Positions 54,785 to 64,000 of a stretch of 64,000 nt of DNA are shown here, one piece after another. This DNA is from Podarcis vaucheri (Eukaryota): the NCBI GenBank assembly GCA_965113315.1, contig OZ220367.1; one strand, 5' to 3'. The position numbers and the translations under genes are program-made. A model generated the notes under the pieces. That model had not been told where the DNA came from, searched no databases, and saw nothing but the letters and a program-made list of their open reading frames with translations. Position 1 is the first letter of the stretch. Each line of letters starts with the position of its first letter.

Positions 54785-56479
54785 ACCACTGGATATTATT
54801 TTTTTGAGTTTGCAGATATCCTTAGTATTTCTGACCAATCTTGAGTAAAACATCAGTAGCAATCTCCCCTGCAAATCACAGAATTTAAAACAAATGTCCA
54901 CAAGTACTAACAGGGATACATAACAACTCAAGTAACTGATGACCTGAAATAATTGGAGCAGATATGTGCAATGATTGCTAGCCTTTAACCTTCTAGTATA
55001 CTTTAACACTCGGACACTAACACCACCATTCAAGTACATAAAAAAGATACTAGAATGAAGAATAAATTTGTGTTCAGTTCCATCAGAAGAGGAAGTAGTA
55101 AAATGATCTTCCAGAGACAGGCACCTAACTGATAGCTGCTAATACAAACAAGCACACTCACAGCACATATTTCTCCTGAAGAAATATTCTAATGCATTAC
55201 CTGCTGAAGCTTTTCCAAAAGGCAAGAAGCCATTCCTTCTTTTAGTCAACCAGTTAACTCTGAACCACCTTCTAACCAGTGACATCATTCAGATGTGCTT
55301 GTGGTTCTCTCCCAAGCCCTGGTCTATTTTTTGATACAGTTAAACAAATATGACAATGTACTGAATGCCATTTAATACATGCACTAGTGCAACAAAAAGT
55401 GTTTCTATTTTTTAAAAAAGAAGACAATTTCAGTGTTTTCTATTATACAGGTTAATATTGAGAAATTACTAACTACAGTTAAAAAGGGGCTACTGTTTAA
55501 GCAAGAGTTCTAAAGGCAGTTAAATTACAATTAAGAAAAGCAGGCACTGCTACAGAATTTTAAGGTGACTTGCTGGATTACAGTTAACATGATCAGCATC
55601 CTTCTTTTGCTGTCTAGGAAACTAGAGTTCAACTTAAAATGATCTGCTTCTACTGCCCTTGCTTTTTTACTCAGGAAATACTCAGTGTTTCAGGATAGTA
55701 AAGCTGCTATCCCTAAGTCACATTTAAGGGATAAACCTCAGTGAAAACGGTGGTATTAATTCCTAGTAAGAATGCATGACTGCATCGTAAGTTTAATAGT
55801 ATGTAGTCCATCTCTGTGTATTAACAAAGCTACTGTCTTAACATGTTGGAATGATGTATTGTTATCTAAATAAATCAAAGGAGAAAGCACATGGGATTTT
55901 TAAGACATTTAAATGAGCAGAAAACACACTTACATGTTGAAATAAACCTGTATTTCACATGAAAGGAGCTTTGTCAGTTCAACGTGAAGACTGAATTCTA
56001 AATAATATCGCCTTCCACATAACTGCACCTTTTCACCTGCTTCTATATTTTATAAAAAGTAAATGTGCTTTCCCTAGCACAGTGGTTCTCAACCCTAGCA
56101 GCTTATGAAGATTCCAAGGCAAGTTATTCTGTCATCTTCACAATCCAAAAGATTTAGGGGAATACTACCTTTTCAACAAGAGGTATCATGGCAATAGGGT
56201 ATATTTTTCCTAACATCTGAGAACATTCTGCAAGGTAAATCGGTGACTAATATTTCGACACACACACACATCCTTATACACAATTCAGCACCAGGGGATA
56301 AACGGAGAAGGATCCTAGCTCCTTGGCCACACGGACACAATGTGGCTGAACATAGGAAAGCAAGGAGCAAACCGATTAGGCGGACGGGGAAGCAAGAATG
56401 ACCTGTGTGCAAAATTCTGGAAATGGGAGAGGGGCGTGGTCACCCGGGAACAATCCTGCTCTCGCATCATCCCCAGCAA

Positions 56480-57660
56480 GGGTAACTTTCCCAAGCCGAA
56501 TCAGCCTCTGACCGGGGGCGGGATAGGGGGGGCGTAATATATATATAAATAAATATATAGTCGGGCGAGGGGGGTTGGGGAGGAGGCCACCCGAAGCACT
56601 TCCTTCCCTGACCCATTCGGGCGGACACAGCCCAGCTCACCCCCTTCCCCCAAACAAAGGGCCCTCTTCTCTCCCCCGTCCTCCCACCTTCCCGAGAGGG
56701 GGCGGGGGAGGGAGGGAGAGGAGAGACCAGGCCGGAGTGGGCGGGGCGGAGCCTAGGCCGCGGTTGCTCCGTGAGGCGCGAGGAAGGGGGAGGGGTGTGA
56801 GGCGCGCGTGGAGCGGCTAATCCGCGCGGGAGGGAGCGAGCGAGGGCGCGCGCGCGGTCAGCCGGCGGGCGAACCGAGGAGTGGGTGGGGGAGGGGCTCA
56901 GCGCTCTCTCTCCCCTCACTGTGTGGAGAGAGATGAGGGGAAGTGGGGCGGAGGTGAAAAGAGGGGGGGGGTTGTCTCCACACAAGCGGTCCGCTTCCCC
57001 TCCGCCCGCCTGTCCGCCCGCCCGCCCGGGCTCCGCTCCCCTCTCCGCCCCCCCCCCATGGTCCCTCACCCACACAGCGCAGCAGCCGGTGTCGCCACGA
57101 GTCGAGCTGGTGGCGGAAGCCGCGCCTCTCGATGGAGCACTCCTGCCTCCCGCACGGACTCGCCATCTTCTGGGGGAGGGGCCCCGAGCCTCCGCCGCCG
57201 CCGCCGGCACGCCCGCCGTTTGCGTCACGCGCACGTCATCGCGCACGGCCACGCGGAGGCGGGGGGCCACCAGCGGGCGCAGCTACCGCCCAAACCTGGC
57301 CGCGCGCGGAAATGCGGCGGGGGGGGGGCAGGGAGGCGCCGACGGTTGGCCATGGCAACGGTGGAAGGCGCAGCAGGAACCGGGGGAAAGGGCTCCTCCT
57401 GGTCCGCGCGCCGGATCCTCTGGGGGACCCCTGGGCTCCGGGGGCGCAGAGAGGAAACGAGGAGAAGCAGAGAGCGGAGGTGCGCGTGGAGCCTAGTTCA
57501 CGGGGCGAATCCAGGGTATCCAGGGTATCCATGGCTGTGTCTTCAACCCCACTGATGCCAGCGAGTCTGCCCTACGCATGAGTAACACGGGATCCAGCCC
57601 TCCGTGCAGTAATGCTTGGGTTGGCAACATCTAGGCTGGCGTCCTAATCGCGCTTAACAC
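56480..57660. promoter_or_regulatory. CpG-island promoter/first exon of LCOR
   Basis: Very GC- and CpG-rich compared with the CpG-depleted flanks; several GGGCGG boxes; CRE-like half sites (TGCGTCA ~57221, ACGTCA ~57232) just upstream of the ATG at 57166. Confidence 0.92.
57070..57166 (-). CDS. LCOR: LCOR coding exon 1 (long, N-terminally extended isoform)
   Basis: ATG at 57166 inside the CpG island; encodes [33 protein letters not shown], similar to the LCORL N-terminus ([29 protein letters not shown], recalled); donor G|GTGAGG at 57070/57069; 97 nt, phase 1. Confidence 0.9.
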
Positions 57661-57760
57661 AGGGAGTCCGTCCTAGTGAAACCCGGGGAGAGACTTGCCG
57701 CTGCCGCCGAGTAAATCTGGCGGTGGTTCTGCTATTAAAAGAGAGAAATCTGACATGAGG

Positions 57761-57814
<54 letters not shown>

Positions 57815-57856
57815 TCTTTATTGTCATTGCCCCCTCTCAGGGACAACGAAATTACT
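57761..57856 (-). mobile_element. 3' terminus of a Rex1/Babar-like LINE (stem-loop, AATAAA and (ATT)n tail)
   Basis: Minus strand AATTTCGTTGTCCCTGAGAGGGGCAATGACAATAAAGAT(ATT)n fits the recalled Rex1-type 3' end AATTTCGTTG...CAATGACAATAAAG plus microsatellite; hairpin TTGTCCCT/AGGGGCAA. Confidence 0.6.
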
Positions 57857-57890
57857 TGCTGCTGTCCTCTCCTTCCCACCCGAAGGAATA

Positions 57891-59098
57891 TTATGGTGCA
57901 TCCTTTTCACTCTCGGGCATCATTTCACCTCTATTTGGAAAGAAGCCTTGCAATGCTTCTGGCACCTCTCTGAGTATCTGAAGCTTGTAGATCTGCTGGT
58001 ATATCTTCTCCGCTATGTCTTCTGCCTTATCCGCCATTTTCTCATTGGCCTTCCCCAGGTGGGAAAACACTAGGAGGATCCCAGCCTCTCTTATCCTTAG
58101 CTCAGGATTATAAATGGCCCGCAAAGATGTCTCCAGAAAGGTTCTCTTCTGATCTTCTGTGAAGATGTTTCTGAACAGCTCACCCACCCTGCAGGAATCC
58201 ACGTAAGCCAGCATTTTCTGGTCTTCATAACTGTGGCACCACAGTTCTTCAGCCTCACTCACGCTCAGCCCCATCTGATCGAGCAGCAGCTCATAAAGGC
58301 AGCTGATAGTCAACCTGGCCTGATTGCTCACATCTTCCATCGTATCTGTGATACAGATTCCAAACTGTGCCACGTGGTGTCCCAAGGCAGGAAGCTCACT
58401 GGACTTGTTGAAGTCTGGCAGCAGAAGAGCATGTCGCAACACAGTGGTGCTGCAGAGGACAGACCTATACCTCTCTTGGGGATCGTTGGAATGAATCCAG
58501 AAGTTGATGTGCTTCTAAATAAACATCAGGTGGCTTGTAGTTGGAACCTCAGACAGTAAGCCCTTCAGCATGGCCTCCATTGTGTCTGCAGACGATTGGT
58601 AGAGAGCCTGGCTGTGAGGATTTTCCAAATCTGTATCCATGTTAAAAATGCCATGGAGAGCCAGCCGCAAGATACCAGACAATTGCTCAGGATCAAATGG
58701 GGGCTTCATTTTGCTGAGGTTGTAGACCGTGAACATTGAGCAGGTTTTGTGTTTTATATCAAGCACCTTTATAAAAAGCTGTAAAAGTCAGCATTCCTAG
58801 TAAAAACAAAAACCATGGTGTAAAAAGCTCTGCTGGATCATACCAAAGGCAAGCCTTCTACCCCAGCAGCCTGTTCTCCCAGATGTTGATGATAAGCTTG
58901 CAAATGGGACCTAAGTCCCACAGCATCCTCACCAGTTGCAATGCCCAGCAACTGGTACAAAGAGGCATGCTGCCTGTGCCAGTGTTGTTGGAGCATAACT
59001 GTCATGGCTAGGTGCAGGATGCCTCTGGAAATCACATCTCTCTTGGATATCACGGATGTCATGGTGTCTTCATCAGGTTTAGCAACAATGTCTTTCAT
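57891..59098 (-). pseudogene. MROH (maestro HEAT-like repeat)-like compact gene or retrocopy with one in-frame TAG
   Basis: ORFs 58515-58766 and 57891-58442 share a frame and are separated only by TAG at 58515-58517 (LMFI*KHINFWIHSNDPQERYRS). Motifs LSKMKPPF...MLKGLLSEVP...HINFWIHS..QER.RS..LRHA resemble sauropsid MROH2/MROH7-like proteins. The upstream ORF 58844-59098 joins in frame through a short GT-AG intron. Confidence 0.7.
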
Positions 59099-60049
59099 AT
59101 TCTCACATCCCCTTGCCGCAGCGATCTCTCAAAGCGTTAACCATTGTGAGCCATGTTTATTGTGGCAACAAACTCACCATACCGATGCCATGCTGACATT
59201 GCGCATTTAAACCCAATAAACTCGTAATCCTGCTTCCTCCTTTCCAGCTATAATTCTGCTCTTTTTGCAGCAACAGAAAAGGACACACACACACACCAAA
59301 CTACTAATAGCTGGAAAGAAAAAATCATTTTGAATTTGACCCCCCCAAGTTTACCTGAGCCACATAGGACACCAGAAAATGGACAGGTGGGCATGGTTTG
59401 GGCCAAATACTCGGACCAAATATAGAGGCCTGGAAGGCATAATTAGGTCCATGGGCTGGAGGTTCCCCACCACTGAGAAAGCTGATATGTAGGAACCACA
59501 TTCACATTTTCAGCCCCACTCCTTTTATATTGGTCTGCACACTATACAGTTGTTCAAAAGCCTGTTGTTCAAACATTTCCCACTTTCCTGAGTAGTGAGG
59601 AATTCCGGGAACAGCACTAACATATTTAGTTCCTTTTGAAGAGAGAGAGCTAAAAAAACCTAAGGTGTTTTCAAAATAGTGCTTTAATTACAAATATACA
59701 AGCAGAGCATAAGTAGCAGACAGACACACATAAGGCAGAAGATTCCCCATAGAGCAGAGAAACCCCTGATGCAGCAATTGCATTGCAGCCCCAAGCTAAT
59801 TTTTCTGCTGCATCTCTTTCACTTACTCAAGCACAAATATCTGTCTTCTTAGCTGGAGGAGTGCCATCTTCTCCCAAGTGCTGACAGTGGATTACTCATG
59901 CAAAAACCTAGGTTCTCAAGTCAACTATCAACCATATCCTAACTGTAACTACCTACCTACCCATCCTATGAACTCACAATCCACTGAACAAATAAACTGG
60001 TCAGCCAGCAAATACTGTATAATACTGCCATAAGCTACGTGAAAGTTGA

Positions 60050-60180
60050 TGGCTGCTGAGATAACTCAGTAGATCACGAGGCTCTTAATTGCAGGGTTGT
60101 GGGTTCCATGTTGGGCTAAAAGATTCCTGCACTGCAGGAGGTTGGACTAGAGGACCCTCTTCAATTCTAGTATTCTATGC
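60050..60180 (+). mobile_element. tRNA(Lys)-like-headed SINE with CR1-like tail
   Basis: taactcagtaga..gaggctcttaat..cagggttgtgggttc head; ggttggactagaggaccc...tattctatg CR1-like 3' end; too decayed to be a tRNA gene. Confidence 0.6.
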
Positions 60181-60584
60181 TGAGGTTGTAGAAATACGCT
60201 TCTCTTGCTGTTCATGAAAGGCTTTGCAGCTGAGGCCAATTGTGTGCATACAATGTATAGTTAAAGTATTTAAGGACCCACACACGGAGATCCAGTTTCA
60301 CCAAGTTTGTCCTGCACTGATTCAGTATTTCTGTTTTTATTTTCTGTTTTAATGTGAACAACCTTAGGAGGGTTTTCCTGAAAGGTGGCATACAAATTCC
60401 CTTCATCTCCTGATTTCAGATTCCATAAAGATAGTTGCCATTTTTGGCACACTTGTATCAGAAGGAACAGTATCATTTGCTATAATTTATTGTTGTTGTT
60501 GTTGTTGTTATTTATACCCCACCCATCTAGCTGGGTTGCCCCACCAACATCACCACATAATTCTGAGAAGCAAGTTGTAGGGCA

Positions 60585-60710
60585 GGGACGAGAAAGCTAT
60601 GGCCCTCCAGATCCTGCTGGACTAAAACTCCTATGAACATTGGCTGTGCTGGCTGGGGCTGATGGAAGTCTGAGTTCAGCAATACCTGGGGAAGCATAGC
60701 TTCCCCAGTC
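60585..60710. mobile_element. Degenerate palindromic MITE related to the 13818 element
   Basis: ggccctccagat..gctggactaaaactcc...gctggctggggctgatggaagt...acctgg. Confidence 0.55.
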
Positions 60711-63463
60711 ATGGTTAGGGTGATGCAACAATTTTTGTTTTGCACAAATTGAAATTGTACCTCATAACCATAAGATAAAATATAAACTTTCATATTAAAA
60801 AAACCCAGATCCCTGTTCTAGAAAAAAATAGGGCTGCAGTCACACAAGGGAGGAAGCCCCCATTCAACATAGTGCAACTTACTTTCACATAAGCATGCAT
60901 AGGATTGTATTATTGGTTAGGATTGTTAATGCATCTGTTAACTTCATATCAGATGACACAGGCTTTCCCCATTGCAAAGGGAACATATCTCAGTGATTGA
61001 AGACATTTTTGTATGTAGAACATCCCAGGTTTAATCATTGGCATCTTCCATTTTAAAAACCCACATTCATATATCAAGGGTTAGGAAAGATCTCTGCCCG
61101 AGAACTACTTCAAACCTCTTTCCAAATTTGTTCCATCATCAAATCTGACAAAGTAGAGCCCCTCCTAAGATGAACATCCTTAATTTGGTCAGTGTTGTAG
61201 ACTCAATAAATTAATGTGATGTCCAAACTTGCTTTTCAGGTTTTCACATGCTCTCTCTTTAAAGAGAGCAGAGAGTTCATATCAAATAATATACTTGAGG
61301 TAGTCTGCATTTCTTTATCCAGTGGCTATCAGTCACCCAGAAAGAGTGGCAGCACCCATATAAAGTATTTCACCCATATGAACATTTTTGTATGAAGTGG
61401 ATTTTAGTCCACAAAACTTTATGTGATAATAAATTTGTCTTCAAGGTGCCACAATGTTGTTGTTGTTTGTTTGTTTGTTATTTATTTTTTTAATTTCTAT
61501 TTTGTATTTTAGTATTGTATTTTGTATTTTCAGCAAAGCAATGCCACACATATATTTCGTGAAGTAGATTGTTGACTAATGGCTCAGGCATGGTGACCAA
61601 TGTTTCCCTAAGGAGAACTAATGGTTAGAGGATGGTTTCTTGATCATCCCTCAATATATATATATATTTAAAGCAGTTTTTTGGAGGATGACTAATCCCT
61701 CCCCAGCTAAGCATGGGTCTTAAAGTCTGTGGGTGGGAAAACTGTGGTTTAAAGAGCAGCAAGAAAGAGGCAGAGCATGAGACAGTGATGGAATCAAAGA
61801 AAGAGAGATTAACTGGAGGCTAGAAAGCACCTTGGGGGTAGAGGCACATCTCTCTGGGGTGTTGATGTGGGACAGTGAATCTACTGCCTTCTATGACTAT
61901 GGACTGCTTACCTCCACATGTAACTGCTTGCATAACTATATCAAATATTACAGTAATACCATCAGTCTCCCCTGCAAAAGAAAGCTAAAACCCTGATAGC
62001 ATTACCCTTTGACAGCTAGGGAAGTGAGAAATACACATCAGTATTATAGCTCCAATTTCTTCTGCTTCCTCTTCATATTTAATGGCATCTCCAGCCAAGT
62101 TGCTCACTAGATGTTTGGGGCTCCTATGATCGGCATGCTGAATATGCTATTCCCTTGCTTGTGCCATTCAAGGACAAATGGAGCAGAGTTCCTTCTGGCA
62201 GAAATGAAAGAAGCGAGCTCCCTTCTGTTCTCTGCCAAGTGACCATGGTCAGTCAGGTCTTCTTGCCACTAGTCTTCCCAGAAGGGACAAGATATAACCT
62301 TCCAATAGCCTTGTGTTCTCTGGCCAATGGCAGCAATATCAAAGCATCTTCCCCATGTGCCCTAGATCTAGGACACCATACTGAAGGTATCTGTTGTTCC
62401 TCATTAAATACCAATAGCATAGCAAAAAAGCCAGTAATGGAGAAGTGAGCAAAGGTTTTGACATTTGAGTTCAAGAGCATAACCACCTCAGTGTGGTGCC
62501 CCATGACAGCAAACAGAGGACAATTTTGCTGCAAACCTGAGTATTGGCAACTCCCCATTTACGCGAGGGTTATGTTTTGAGGCACTGCACATTTCAGTGA
62601 AATCACATATATTGGGAGCACCATTGAAAAACAATGCAAACACCACAATCGCTCCCATCAAACCTTCTTGCTCAAACTCCAACTCTCCACAGGCCTCAAA
62701 AGGTTGGTGCAAGGGCTCCTGCACTTGCAATGGCTTGTGGGATTGCTAAGCACTGTTTTTGTGCCGTTTTGCAGTTTACATGCTTTTTAGGGCCATTTTT
62801 GCCCTTTGTGCCATTTCCAAGTTCACAGCGATGCATGCATGTGCCGTTGCACATGTATTGAATGTGCATCAATGGGAGTTCCCCGTACTGCAGTTCTAAA
62901 ACATAAGCACATAGGTAGCACCATGAAGCCACTTTGTCGCTGAGCTTAGATGAGTGTGCACATCAATTATGTTAGGTGTCTTTTGAATAATTTTAACTCT
63001 GCTCTGGTTCTTCAGTTGCATTTTTGTCCTGTATTGGAATGGATATGTTAATATTGTTGAACATCGCCTCAAAACTTCATGGGAGGCGATAGAAAAATGT
63101 TTTAAATAAATAAATAAATAAAACAATGAGTGTAAGAATAGCAGAATATACTCAATCATGGTTGGAACAGTAGCAGTGAGTTCCACAGGCTCATTTTCAG
63201 CTTGCAGTGCTCATGCTGAACACACAAACACTCCTTGGGCACCATATTGGGAGAGTGTTATGCCCAAACCAAACTTCCCAACCAGACCTCAATACTGTTA
63301 AAAGCAGAAAAGAGAAAGTCATTCTTTTGGTATTTATGTTATGGTTTGGGATCACTTGAGTTATTTGGAAGTACTGAGCTGTGAACTGAAGAGCACAGGG
63401 ATACAACACATGAAAATATGTTGAACCAAAGTGATATTCTAGACATTGCTTCAGTCTAATATA

Positions 63464-63722
63464 CAGTGGACGCTCGGGTTGCGAACGTGATCTGTGCGGG
63501 ATGCACATTTGAAACCCACAGTGTCTGCAACCCACAGCGTGCACGTGCAGGTTGCGATCCGGCGCTTCTGCGCATGCGCAAAGCACGATTTAACGCTTCT
63601 GCACATGCACGACCACTGAAACCTGGAAGCAACCCGTTCCGGTACTTCTGGGTTTCGGCAGTCCGTAACCCCACCCCAAAAAACAACGCAACCTGAAGCG
63701 TCTGTAACCCAAGGTATGACTG
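63464..63722. mobile_element. Tc1/mariner (Tigger-like) MITE
   Basis: TA-flanked; imperfect TIRs CAGTGGACGCTCGGGTTGCGAACG vs CAGTCATACCTTGGGTTACAGACG; CpG-rich interior. Confidence 0.75.
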
Positions 63723-64000
63723 TACTTCACCCAGGGCAACCTTCTAGTGATATGAATATACAATTTGGGGTGGCTAAATTCAGCACCCCACGTTAGCATG
63801 GTTGGGCACCTGTCAACATAGGAGCCAACCCCTAGGGGCTGAGGGGGCGTTGCCCCCCAGTAAAATCTTTGAGAGGGCTGCCATCCCCCCCAAAAAGTTA
63901 TTGGGCATTGCTATTCAGATAGTGTGCATACACTGCATCGTGTAATTGATTATGAGGTGCAGGGCTTACCTGGGCCCCCCAATATTTTTTTCAAGCTGGC

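Noticed and set aside
56467-57581. Several long overlapping ORFs (267, 224, 203 and 149 aa) in the promoter region
   Set aside because: Low-complexity G/A/P/R-rich frames expected from stop-codon scarcity in a CpG island; only 57070-57166 has recognisable homology and a splice donor
58515-58517. Programmed stop-codon readthrough in the MROH-like ORF
   Set aside because: The context TAG-AAG is not a known readthrough motif (e.g. TGA-CTAG); simple nonsense mutation or sequencing error is more parsimonious
60050-60115. tRNA-Lys-like sequence
   Set aside because: Cloverleaf is broken and a CR1-like tail follows, so it is a SINE head rather than a tRNA gene
62250-62600. Possible LTR-retrotransposon integrase remnant
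   Set aside because: Only vague similarity; no DDE or HHCC motif could be supported
1-64000. CRISPR arrays, rRNA genes or prokaryotic systems
   Set aside because: The sequence is eukaryotic with spliceosomal introns; no repeat-spacer array or rRNA similarity was seen

Overview
Vertebrate genomic DNA from a squamate reptile, most likely a lacertid lizard (Sauria-SINE copies plus L2, CR1, L1, hAT and Tc1/mariner MITE repeats). The window holds essentially the whole LCOR gene (ligand-dependent nuclear receptor corepressor) on the minus strand. It has a CpG-island promoter at about 56.5-57.65 kb and seven coding exons that I joined by hand at GT-AG sites (57166-57070, 33198-33133, 32723-32644, 21772-21640, 20241-19954, 15519-15426, 12413-11444). 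These give an uninterrupted 575-aa ORF: the classical 433-aa LCOR plus an intact 142-aa LCORL-like N-terminal extension. A roughly 8.8-kb 3' UTR ends near an AATAAA at 2641-2646. The most unusual object is a 520-bp non-autonomous hAT element in intron 1 (33531-34050; 13-bp TIRs, perfect 8-bp TSD). Its interior is a CpG-island fragment apparently captured from another gene, with a 5' UTR, ATG and polyQ/P/A N-terminus resembling RANBP9, so it is a candidate 'Pack-hAT' gene-capture element. Just upstream of the LCOR promoter lies a compact MROH (maestro HEAT-like repeat)-like gene or retrocopy with a single nonsense codon, ending in a Rex1/Babar-type LINE tail. All family assignments are from recalled sequence knowledge; no database search was run.
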